In this document: in pieces, positions 8,647-17,215 of the stretch | How positions within the stretch are numbered: the stretch's first letter is position 1 | Layout of the letters: the number at the start of each line of letters is the position of its first letter | Origin: Opitutaceae bacterium | Lineage (GTDB): Bacteria > Verrucomicrobiota > Verrucomicrobiia > Opitutales > Coraliomargaritaceae | Direction: 5' to 3' | Length of the DNA: 64,000 nucleotides | Assembly (NCBI GenBank): GCA_051252375.1 | Contig: JBPOFY010000002.1 | Span: 256,001-320,000, forward strand | Made by a program: the position numbers and the translations under genes | Notes under the pieces: model-generated | Told to the model about the DNA's origin: nothing | The model's input: the letters and a program-made list of their open reading frames with translations, nothing else | The model's database searches: none

Positions 8647-10857
8647 CTATCCCTGAAATCGGAAAACACTCATCGATTGTGGCGGCAGGTCTAGCTTGAT
8701 CGAATACGGACGTCCGTCCCACTCAACTTCGTCGGCAGTAACACCGCCGTTGTTGCCATAGCCGAGGCCTCCATAATCTTTGGCGTCAGTGTTAAGGATT
8801 TCTTTCCAGAAACCCGGGAATGGCACGCCGACACGGAACCCTTCACGATGAACTGGAGTGAAGTTACCGACGCAGGCGAGTGTATCTGTTTGATCAGTGC
8901 CCTTACGCAAGAACGAGAGCACACTGTTTTGAGCATCGGTGCAGTTGATCCATTCAAAGGCTTCGTGATTATTATCACCCGCAGCAAAACCCGGAATCTC
9001 TTGATAAATGCGATTCAAATCGCGAACCACGCGCTGAATGCCTTCGTGGTCAGCGTATTGCAGGAGATGCCAGTCGAGGCTGCCGTTGTATTTCCATTCT
9101 GCGGATTGCCCAAAATCGCAACCCATGAAGAGTGTCTTCTTACCGGGCCACATCCACATGAGACCGTAAAGTAGGCGTAGCTGGTGTGCCTTATTGGAAA
9201 TCGGCTCTCCAGGCATTTTCATCAACATGGATTGCTTACCATGAACCACTTCGTCGTGGGAGAAAACTTGGGTAAAGTTCTCGGAATACTGATACAGCAT
9301 ACCGAAAGAGAGTTGGTGATGCTCGTATTGACGATAAATCGGGTCTTTCTCGAAGTATTCGAGTGTATCGTGCATCCAGCCCATGTTCCACTTCATGTCG
9401 AAACCGAGACCACCTTCGGAGGTCGGCTTGCTGACACCAGGAAACGCAGTCGACTCCTCGGCAATCATCAGCGTGCCGGGGTAGTATTTATGAACGAGAT
9501 CATTCGTCTGACGCAGGAACTCAATCGCTTCGAGGTTTTCACGACCACCGTATTGATTGGGGATCCATTGCCCTTCTTCACGCGAATAATCGAGGTATAG
9601 CATCGAGGCCACCGCATCCACACGCAGACCATCAATGTGGTAGCGCTCGCACCATGCTAATGCACTGGCAATGAGGAACCCACGCACTTCGTTACGACCA
9701 TAATTAAAGATCAATGTGCCCCAGTCTTGGTGAAATCCCTGACGTGGGTCGGCATGCTCGTAGAGCGCAGTGCCATCAAACTGAGCGAGTGCAAAACTGT
9801 CTGTCGGGAAGTGCGCAGGCACCCAGTCCATGATCACTCCGATACCACTTTGGTGGAGTGCATCGACGAGGAACATGAAGTCTTCAGGCGTGCCGAACCG
9901 AAAAGTCGGCGCAAAAAATCCAGTCACTTGATAGCCCCATGAGCCATCAAAGGGGTGCTCCGAGAGCGGCAAAAATTCAACGTGAGTATAGCTCATCCGC
10001 TTGAGGTAGTCCACCAACTCGACAGCCATCTCGCGATAACTCAGCGGGCGATTCGCGTCCTCCACCACAGACTTCCAGGAACCAGCATGCATTTCGTAGA
10101 CCGAAATCGCCTCATTATTCCAGTTGGTTTTCGCGCGCTTTTTCAACCATTTGGCGTCTTTCCACTTATATTCGTCTACTTTACAGACAATCGATGAATT
10201 ATAAGGGGGTGCTTCGAAGCGCGTGCCATAGGGATCGGTCTTCAAATTGGGGTAACCGTGGCGGGTGCCGACTTCATATTTGTATTTTACTCCCGATTCG
10301 AGCCCAGGAATGAATAGCTCCCACACGCCGGACGCTCCGAGACTACGCATCGGATGATAGCGACCATCCCAATGATTGAAGTCACCGACGACCGAAACAC
10401 GCTCTGCATTGGGTGCCCAAACTGCGAAGGACACACCCTTGACGCCATCAATCTCGCGAAGGTGAGCGCCCATTTTGTTATGCACCTGATGATCCGTGCC
10501 TTCACTGAATAGATACACATCGTCATCCGAAAGTGTCGGCAAAAAGCTGTATGGGTCGTAAAACTGGCGGATTTCGCCGTTGTAGCGCTCAATTCGCAGG
10601 CGATACGCGAAGACATCCTTGCGACCCTTGATCACACCCTCGAAGAAGCCCTCGTCACTCAGTCGCTCCAAGGGATAACGCGCGCCCTGCGGGTCGTTTA
10701 AGTCAACCACTTCGCAGCTAACGGCATCATCGACGAATGCACGCACCACTAACCCGTTGGTCTTGCCCTTTTTATGGGGGTGCATCCCGAGAATGCCATG
10801 TGGTTGGCCGCACTTAACTTTAGTGACGGATTCGAAGTCGGTTTTTGATAAAATCAC
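8647..10857 (-). CDS. glgB: 1,4-alpha-glucan branching enzyme (GH13_9)
   Basis: FAVWAPNA, YEMHAGSW, GSWGYQ, DGLRVDAVASM, AEEST, SHDEVVHGK. Confidence 0.97.
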   Translation of the reverse strand: MILSKTDFESVTKVKCGQPHGILGMHPHKKGKTNGLVVRAFVDDAVSCEVVDLNDPQGARYPLERLSDEGFFEGVIKGRKDVFAYRLRIERYNGEIRQFYDPYSFLPTLSDDDVYLFSEGTDHQVHNKMGAHLREIDGVKGVSFAVWAPNAERVSVVGDFNHWDGRYHPMRSLGASGVWELFIPGLESGVKYKYEVGTRHGYPNLKTDPYGTRFEAPPYNSSIVCKVDEYKWKDAKWLKKRAKTNWNNEAISVYEMHAGSWKSVVEDANRPLSYREMAVELVDYLKRMSYTHVEFLPLSEHPFDGSWGYQVTGFFAPTFRFGTPEDFMFLVDALHQSGIGVIMDWVPAHFPTDSFALAQFDGTALYEHADPRQGFHQDWGTLIFNYGRNEVRGFLIASALAWCERYHIDGLRVDAVASMLYLDYSREEGQWIPNQYGGRENLEAIEFLRQTNDLVHKYYPGTLMIAEESTAFPGVSKPTSEGGLGFDMKWNMGWMHDTLEYFEKDPIYRQYEHHQLSFGMLYQYSENFTQVFSHDEVVHGKQSMLMKMPGEPISNKAHQLRLLYGLMWMWPGKKTLFMGCDFGQSAEWKYNGSLDWHLLQYADHEGIQRVVRDLNRIYQEIPGFAAGDNNHEAFEWINCTDAQNSVLSFLRKGTDQTDTLACVGNFTPVHREGFRVGVPFPGFWKEILNTDAKDYGGLGYGNNGGVTADEVEWDGRPYSIKLDLPPQSMSVFRFQG

Positions 10858-10986
10858 CCAACCACCAAAATTGAATCAAGTGATTCTGGCAAGTGCGGAA
10901 GCGAGTGAAAAAACAACCGACACCAATGATGCCCAAAACGTGAAAAAGACTTGTCCACCTAATGCGTGGTGCCATAGTCCCGATCC

Positions 10987-13122
10987 GTGCCAAGAACTGC
11001 CCGGATTTTCTATTTCTCATTATTTGTGACGCTAGCGTCTCAACTATTTGCTGCCCTCCCAGAACTCAGCTCGATCGAGCCTTTGGAATTTGATGAAGGG
11101 GCGCAGCGCTTAGTCGCGAGGGGCGACGCTCGACTAGAGTTTGATCAAACACGTGTGCGAGCCGATCGCATCACCTACTATCAAGAGTATGGCTTGGCAG
11201 ATGCAGTGGGTAACGTCGCTGTAACCCGCGAAGGTGGCCGCCTCATTGCGGATCGTCTGTCCTACGACACCCAAAAGTCGACCTTTTCGGTCAACGTCCT
11301 CCGCACTGGTCAATGGCCATACTATATATCTGGCGTCAACGCTGGTGGCTCGACCGATGAAATGGAAATTGAAGGCGCCACCGTTTACTACGGCAACCCC
11401 AGTCCCTTCGGCTTGAATGTCAGTTCAGACAAAGTTGAATATATTTCCGGTGAAAATAATCAGGTTAAAATGCACGGCGCGACATTCCGTATCGGCGATT
11501 TCCCATTTTTCTATTTCCCCCACTACACTTACGACGTCGACACCTCCCCATACTATTTGGATATCAATGGGGGATCGGATAATCAGTTGGGTGCCTATCT
11601 GCAAACGACGACTCTGTTCCCCGTGAACTCTTGGCTCAGAGTCGGCGCCAATCTCGACGTCTATTCAAAACGCGGCGTTCTCGCCGGACCGACAGCACAA
11701 TACGTCTACGATTCATCCTCACAACGAATTGTAGGCGCCCTCAGCACCGGAATGATTAACGATAACGGCAACACCGCTCTCGATATCCTAAATCGGTCGG
11801 TCGACGAAGATCGAGCATTCGCAGAATGGCGCCACAAGCACTATATTGGCGAACGTTTCACCGCGACAGCACGAGTCTCCTACTGGTCAGACTCAGAGGT
11901 CACTCGCGATTTCCGCGAAGACTATTTCAACGACAACCAAAACCCAGACTCGTTCGCCGAGGGCGTGTATGCTGGCGACAACTACCTCGTCTCAGCTTTT
12001 GGCCGCTTTCGCCCAAATGATTTCCAAATGATTCAAGAGCGACTCCCCGAAGTGCGCTTCGACTTGCTCCCAATCCCAGTCTTCAACACCGGTGCCTATC
12101 ACCGAGCCTCCCTCAGCTATGCTCGCATGAGCGAAGACCTCAGCGACAACGTGCCAGGCACTGTCGATGAGACCGAAGCAGACCGTTTCGACCTCACCTA
12201 CCGAATCGAGCGACCCATTCTCGTCAAGGATTGGTTGACCTTTACTCCATTGGCAGGTGCACGACTCACGCAGTATGACAACCAATCCATCGACGCCAGC
12301 TTCCCCGCCTTTGCCACATTGGATGATTCCTTCACCCGTGAAATATACGAAGTCGGCTTCGACCTAGAGGCCCGCGCCTACGCCAGCTACCCCACTTATA
12401 ACAAAACATGGGGAATTGACGGTCTCCGCCATCTGGTGCGCCCAGTCATACGCTACCGCTACTTCTCCGACCCCGAGAGCCTCAACGAAATCGCGGCAGT
12501 CGACCGCGAGGCCTTCAACCTAGATCGCCCAGTGTTGGACCTTAGCGATATACGCAATGTGGATTCCATCGCCGAAACCCACCTCGTTCGCCTAGGTGTC
12601 GAAAACCTCTACCAAACCCGTGCCGAAGGTTACGGCTCGCGCACACTAGCGGCACTGAACTTCTATCAAGATGTCCTGTTCGAAAAAACCACCCGTTACG
12701 ACGGCGGCCAAGAAGACACCTTCAACGCCACATGGGTCGAGCTCATCATCAACCCTGCCCCATGGCTCAAATTTGATCTAGCCAGCCGCTTCCATACCGA
12801 AGAACTCACCCTCGAAGAGCTACGCACGCGCACAGTCATCACCAGCGGTGAAATCTGGGAACTCGGGATCTCCACCGATCTATTGAATAAGCAAATCGAT
12901 CAATACCAGCTCGATTTCGTATATCGCCTAAACGAACGCTACGCCTTCCTAACTGACACCCGCTACGATGCCGACACCGGCGACTTCACCCATATCTCTC
13001 TCGGGCTACGCACACGGATCGGCAGCACATGGGAAATCCTCTACGCATTGACCTTCCGCGAAGACGCACGCCGCGAAAGCGATGTCGAATTCAACATCCG
13101 CGTAAAACTCGCACAACCTTAG
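10987..13122 (+). CDS. lptD: LPS-assembly outer-membrane protein LptD
   Basis: Signal peptide, RADRITY OstA-like N-terminus, ERLPE motif, beta-barrel C-terminus. Confidence 0.75.
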   Translation: MPRTARIFYFSLFVTLASQLFAALPELSSIEPLEFDEGAQRLVARGDARLEFDQTRVRADRITYYQEYGLADAVGNVAVTREGGRLIADRLSYDTQKSTFSVNVLRTGQWPYYISGVNAGGSTDEMEIEGATVYYGNPSPFGLNVSSDKVEYISGENNQVKMHGATFRIGDFPFFYFPHYTYDVDTSPYYLDINGGSDNQLGAYLQTTTLFPVNSWLRVGANLDVYSKRGVLAGPTAQYVYDSSSQRIVGALSTGMINDNGNTALDILNRSVDEDRAFAEWRHKHYIGERFTATARVSYWSDSEVTRDFREDYFNDNQNPDSFAEGVYAGDNYLVSAFGRFRPNDFQMIQERLPEVRFDLLPIPVFNTGAYHRASLSYARMSEDLSDNVPGTVDETEADRFDLTYRIERPILVKDWLTFTPLAGARLTQYDNQSIDASFPAFATLDDSFTREIYEVGFDLEARAYASYPTYNKTWGIDGLRHLVRPVIRYRYFSDPESLNEIAAVDREAFNLDRPVLDLSDIRNVDSIAETHLVRLGVENLYQTRAEGYGSRTLAALNFYQDVLFEKTTRYDGGQEDTFNATWVELIINPAPWLKFDLASRFHTEELTLEELRTRTVITSGEIWELGISTDLLNKQIDQYQLDFVYRLNERYAFLTDTRYDADTGDFTHISLGLRTRIGSTWEILYALTFREDARRESDVEFNIRVKLAQP

Positions 13123-13126
13123 CCGT

Positions 13127-13873
13127 ATGGAAGAAGCCCTCATCCCCAATAACGACTATGCGATTCGCCTTCCCGCATTTGAAGGCCCACTCGACCTACT
13201 GCTTTACCTGATCCGTCGCAGCGAAGTCGACATCTACGACATCCCCATCGAGCATGTCACCCAGCAGTATATCGAGATCCTCGGCTCGATGGATAAACTC
13301 GATCTGGAAATTGCCGGTGAATTTTTCGTCATGGCGGCGACCTTGATGTATATCAAAAGCCGCATGCTCCTCCCCAAGAAGGATCAAGGCACCAATGAAG
13401 ACGTCGAAGACCCCGATGTCGACCCACGCTGGGAACTCGTGCAACAACTCCTAGAATACCGTAAATTCAAAGAGGCCGCCGAGGACATTCAAAAACTGAT
13501 CCTCAACAGCAACGACCTAATCGCCCGGATCGGCCCCAAAGAAGCCCTTGAAGCCGTCGAGCGCCCACTCAAACCTGTCGACCGCGTCGAGCTCTGGAAC
13601 ACCTTTAACCAAGTCCTCCGCCGCTTAGCCGAGCGCCTACAGGAAGGTGAAATCAATGCCGAGCAAGTCACGGTCTCTGATCGTATGGAATACGTGCTCC
13701 TACGCTTGAAGCACGAACCCAACTTCCACTTTTCGGATCTTTTTGAATCCACCACCACCATCACCACCATTGTGGCAACTTTCCTCGCAGTTCTCGAACT
13801 CACACGTTTAAATAAAATCCTAATCAAACAAGACCGCGCCTTTGCCGACATACTTTGCGAACGCGGTGAATAA
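13127..13873 (+). CDS. scpA: Segregation and condensation protein A
   Basis: FEGPLDLLLYLI, IYDIPI, KSRMLLP, FLAVLEL. Confidence 0.93.
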   Translation: MEEALIPNNDYAIRLPAFEGPLDLLLYLIRRSEVDIYDIPIEHVTQQYIEILGSMDKLDLEIAGEFFVMAATLMYIKSRMLLPKKDQGTNEDVEDPDVDPRWELVQQLLEYRKFKEAAEDIQKLILNSNDLIARIGPKEALEAVERPLKPVDRVELWNTFNQVLRRLAERLQEGEINAEQVTVSDRMEYVLLRLKHEPNFHFSDLFESTTTITTIVATFLAVLELTRLNKILIKQDRAFADILCERGE

Positions 13874-13880
13874 AGTGACC

Positions 13881-14123
13881 ATGGACAAACGATCACAGCA
13901 ACCTGCACACCTGGTCGGCATTGGAATCGACAACAGCGATGGACATAAGCGCATCACTCAATCCGAGCGCTTCTCCCTTGTCGGCGGCTCCGACCAAACA
14001 CACTCTCGGATGACTGAAACCGTCATCAAAACCTTCGAAAAGCTCGATCAACGCGGTAAAACACTCGATACCGTCGAAAAATCCGAGCTCTCCGATATTA
14101 TCAAAGAAAGCACCCCGAATTAA
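13881..14123 (+). CDS. Conserved small hypothetical protein
   Basis: ATG 7 nt after the scpA stop; GIGIDNSDGHKRIT...LVGGS. Confidence 0.65.
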   Translation: MDKRSQQPAHLVGIGIDNSDGHKRITQSERFSLVGGSDQTHSRMTETVIKTFEKLDQRGKTLDTVEKSELSDIIKESTPN

Positions 14124-14171
14124 CTGCCTCACTTGACAGGCATACATAGACCACTTACACCTATTCACCTC

Positions 14172-14579
14172 ATGAGCGAAAATCCAGAAAGCCCCACCCC
14201 TGAAAACAAACCAGCTCCCGCAGCACCGTCCTCCGAGAGCATGGCCGAAAAGCCAGCACCGGCAGCACCGGCTAGCCCCGCACCGGCAGCACCAAGAGCA
14301 CCCGCGAAGCCAATTAAGCCCGCTGCAGCGACGCCCACCTTCGAAGAACTGGCCGATCCTGCACCAGCTCAGCCAAAGGCTCCGACCCCAGCACCAGCCG
14401 CACCAAAACCGGCCGCTGCACGACCAACTCCAGCAGCTGCCAGAACAACGCCTGCACCAAAAGCAACACAAGACGACAGCGTTAGCGTAGCCGGCGTAGT
14501 TATCGACGCCATTGCCGCCGCAGTTGCCATCGCCTTTGCCGCACTCCTACTTAAGGACGTGCTCCCTTTCCTATCATAA
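14172..14579 (+). CDS. Pro/Ala-rich protein with C-terminal membrane anchor
   Basis: PAPAAP low-complexity tract and C-terminal hydrophobic helix; lies in a co-directional gene run. Confidence 0.65.
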   Translation: MSENPESPTPENKPAPAAPSSESMAEKPAPAAPASPAPAAPRAPAKPIKPAAATPTFEELADPAPAQPKAPTPAPAAPKPAAARPTPAAARTTPAPKATQDDSVSVAGVVIDAIAAAVAIAFAALLLKDVLPFLS

Positions 14580-14599
14580 ATTAGAAATACACACGTATC

Positions 14600-14917
14600 A
14601 TGTCCGATAAGATAACAGAACTCGATAGCAGTAACTTTGAATCCGCCATCAGCGGAGGATCCGCTCCCGTAGTGGTAGACTTCTGGGCACCATGGTGTGG
14701 CCCTTGTAAAGCCATTGCTCCCATCCTCGAAGAACTTGCCGAAGAGCTCGGCGACGCCGTCAAGATCTGCAAGGTCAACGTCGACAACAACAGCGAGATC
14801 GCCGGTAAATACGCCATTCGCGCGATCCCAACGATCCTTATCTTCAAAGGCGGTGCCGTCTCCGAAACAATCGTAGGCCTCACCTCCAAAGACGATCTCA
14901 AGGCAAAGATCTCCTAA
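14600..14917 (+). CDS. trxA: Thioredoxin
   Basis: DFWAPWCGPCK, IRAIPT. Confidence 0.97.
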   Translation: MSDKITELDSSNFESAISGGSAPVVVDFWAPWCGPCKAIAPILEELAEELGDAVKICKVNVDNNSEIAGKYAIRAIPTILIFKGGAVSETIVGLTSKDDLKAKIS

Positions 14918-14938
14918 AGAGATTCAGCAACTATTTCC

Positions 14939-14971
14939 AAAACACCCACTCAACCGAGTGGGTGTTTTTTT
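14939..14971 (+). terminator. Rho-independent terminator after trxA
   Basis: AACACCCACTC-AACC-GAGTGGGTGTT followed by T-run. Confidence 0.85.
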
Positions 14972-15035
14972 GTGATTAGATAAGACATCAATGTGAGACA
15001 GGCATTCCTGTCTGTCATTGTCCGCCCAAAAGAAA

Positions 15036-15116
15036 TGGTAGCGGCGCTTGTCCCTAAGCGCCATACGTCAAAGTTAGGCCGTATCAGATGGCGCTTAGAG
15101 ACAAGCGCCGCTACCA
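15036..15116. repeat. GTAG-type REP doublet (REPIN-like)
   Basis: 29-bp inverted arms, TGGTAGCGGCGCTTGTCCCTAAGCGCCAT and ATGGCGCTTAGAGACAAGCGCCGCTACCA, one mismatch. Confidence 0.8.
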
Positions 15117-15260
15117 CAAAACGCTATACCAAAAACAGAGCCCGACTGCTCTTCGCGTTATAATAGCGAAACTTAGCGACAATTCCCCGTCATCCATAAT
15201 TGTTCTGCCATAAATTGCTCTGCTAACATACGAATGAGCAATTCTGTCGATCACATGCCC

Positions 15261-15415
15261 CTTGAAACAGGGGGTTTCAAAGCCACACCCGATGCGAAAC
15301 TCCCAAGGATATATAATTGGGGTGTATGCTTTAAGTTTTGAAGAGCATTCAACTCATTGCGATTTCACGTTAGACTACTGTGGCCGCAAACCCCTCTCAA
15401 ACCTCCTGTTTCAAG
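15261..15415. repeat. 155-bp element with 22-bp imperfect terminal inverted repeats (MITE/REPIN-like)
   Basis: CTTGAAACAGGGGGTTTCAAAG versus reverse complement CTTGAAACAGGAGGTTTGAGAG (19/22). Confidence 0.45.
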
Positions 15416-15579
15416 CGATTCTCACCCACTAAATAGAGATTTCTAGCCAAAGCAAATACTCCGAACAAACGACACCTAAAATAGATTGCATCAAGCCTTT
15501 ATGAGCCTTTTCATTCACCCGCTAACCTCGACCTCAAGATGAGCCAAGAGGTATTATAATACTGATCTACAGAAATAGA

Positions 15580-16110
15580 ATGAAAACTCTTACATTCCTG
15601 TTTTTTGCTGCGCTTAGCCTGAGTAGCGCAAACCCGAGATATGAGGCACCTGCATTTGTTTCCGATAGTGGACTGTATGCATTAGCCCTTGTCGTGCCGA
15701 AAGAAAAGAAAACCAAAATTTACAAGATCGAGAACGACACGTTCAAGCTCACCCACACATTCGATTGGATCGCAGAAGAGGTCTACATTCAGGATACATA
15801 CCAAGACGTTTCAGTCGTAAAAGTTACACCTTACTTCGAAAAGAAAAATGAATGGATGGAACACGTCTGTATCGAGTTCTTCTGGAATTTTGAATCGGTT
15901 GCAAAAGTAAAGGTGAAGGATCTACTTCGAAAGGGAGATATGCTCTACAGCAATGATCGGGAGCAGAATTTCATAATTACTAAGACTACAGGTTATCACA
16001 GACATCCAGATCTAGCCTCAACGTTTCAAGTGGAGAGCGGCAATCTAACTTTGATCTTTGAGACATCAACAGGCAGATTATTAACAAGTCAAAATCAACA
16101 GACCAAATGA
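15580..16110 (+). CDS. Cassette 1: secreted hypothetical protein
   Basis: Signal peptide; appears AT-richer than flanking core genes; ORF starts 9 nt after the core site and ends at attC. Confidence 0.7.
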   Translation: MKTLTFLFFAALSLSSANPRYEAPAFVSDSGLYALALVVPKEKKTKIYKIENDTFKLTHTFDWIAEEVYIQDTYQDVSVVKVTPYFEKKNEWMEHVCIEFFWNFESVAKVKVKDLLRKGDMLYSNDREQNFIITKTTGYHRHPDLASTFQVESGNLTLIFETSTGRLLTSQNQQTK

Positions 16111-16113
16111 AGC

Positions 16114-16184
<71 letters not shown>

Positions 16185-16228
16185 GGAAATAGAATTGAAA
16201 ATCTCTCGAGCTTGGCCATTCTTAGAGC

Positions 16229-16465
16229 ATGCCCATCATTTTCGAGCAAGACGGCTTTAAGTTCTTTTTCTATAGCAATGATCACGAACCCATCCATGTG
16301 CATGTTCGCTACTCTGGCGGCGAAGCCGTTTTCAACGTGAATAATGAAATCGAATTAAGAGAATCTCACGGTCTGAAAGTTAAAGAGCTCTCAAAAGCTC
16401 AATCGCTGGCCGAAGCCAATAAACAACTCATCGTAGAAAAGTGGAATGAACACCTTAGCCAATAA
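16229..16465 (+). CDS. DUF4160 family protein (DhiA/DhiT-type toxin-antitoxin pair), cassette 2
   Basis: GFKFFFYSNDHEPIHVHV...W motif. Confidence 0.85.
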   Translation: MPIIFEQDGFKFFFYSNDHEPIHVHVRYSGGEAVFNVNNEIELRESHGLKVKELSKAQSLAEANKQLIVEKWNEHLSQ

Positions 16466-16691
16466 TCAAGTCACAGCCGCTTTCTCTAATGGATACATTA
16501 TGGTTTCCATGCAGACTGGTGTTGAAATTAAGTTTCCAGTAGAGAAGAACCCCCGACTGAGTGGCGGCACACCATCACAGCTGAATCATATTGAGATTTC
16601 CCCCTTCGGGCTCCATTGGCCTGAATTAGATGAAGATTTATCATTTGAAGGCCTCGCCAAGGGAGACTTTGGTCAGTTTTCGAGGGCCTAA
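16446..16691 (+). CDS. DUF2442 family protein (toxin-antitoxin partner), cassette 2
   Basis: PRL...GLHWPELDEDLS.EGL motif; overlaps the DUF4160 gene. Confidence 0.85.
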   Translation: MNTLANNQVTAAFSNGYIMVSMQTGVEIKFPVEKNPRLSGGTPSQLNHIEISPFGLHWPELDEDLSFEGLAKGDFGQFSRA

Positions 16692-16701
16692 GCCACTCGG
16701 T

Positions 16702-16762
16702 TGAGAACCAATCGGTGGTGACAATGTCGCTAACGCGCCATCGTCACATCTCGACGTTATGC
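16702..16762 (+). other. attC site 2
   Basis: R'' TGAGAAC, arms GGTGGTGACAATG/CATCGTCACATC with extrahelical G, R' GTTATGC; 61 bp. Confidence 0.8.
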
Positions 16763-16784
16763 CCTCAGCCACTGAAGAAGCGAT

Positions 16785-17054
16785 ATGAATACATCATGGC
16801 TCATCGTTGCAATTGTCCTTACCCAGTGGATTCTGGCAAACATCGTAGGCGTAGTGGCATTCGTCATGGCTTTCTCCCCAATGCAACATAAACGGGTCAC
16901 GGCCGTTTTTGGTGCAGGGGCGGTGCTTTTCGGGATATACCTGGCAGCGTTCACCTTTCGACCGTGGGTCCGCCTAATTCCGCTGGACGCACTGACCTTC
17001 GCCCCAATTGTGGGAGGTGGCATTGCGTTGTGGAGGTTTGGAAGGAACAAATAG
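16785..17054 (+). CDS. Cassette 3: small membrane protein (3 predicted helices)
   Basis: 89 aa hydrophobic ORF lying between attC2 and attC3. Confidence 0.65.
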   Translation: MNTSWLIVAIVLTQWILANIVGVVAFVMAFSPMQHKRVTAVFGAGAVLFGIYLAAFTFRPWVRLIPLDALTFAPIVGGGIALWRFGRNK

Positions 17055-17066
17055 CCTCTTTCAGTG

Positions 17067-17191
17067 CTATAACAAGGCTTCGAACCCAACACCTGCCCCT
17101 TGGCGAGTCGAAAGTATCATGGCCATTCGAACATCAACTCAGAAGTCGGAGCGCGCCCTCGGTTAGGCGTAGGATGACTTTGACGTTAGAA
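17067..17191 (+). other. attC site 3 (degenerate arms)
   Basis: R'' CTATAAC ... R' GTTAGAA, imperfect pairing, 125 bp. Confidence 0.6.
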
Positions 17192-17215
17192 AAAAGGAAT
17201 ACAGAAGCAAAAGTC

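Noticed and set aside
8636..8722. Overlap of the response regulator ORF with the glgB 3' end
   Set aside because: An in-frame ATG at 8635 removes the overlap.
15221..15375. Possible extra attC (GCTAAC ... GTTAGAC)
   Set aside because: Arms do not pair at attC-like spacing and no cassette ORF precedes it.
15261..15415. TTGAAAC-containing repeats as a CRISPR array
   Set aside because: Only two copies, inverted rather than direct, with no spacer periodicity or cas genes.
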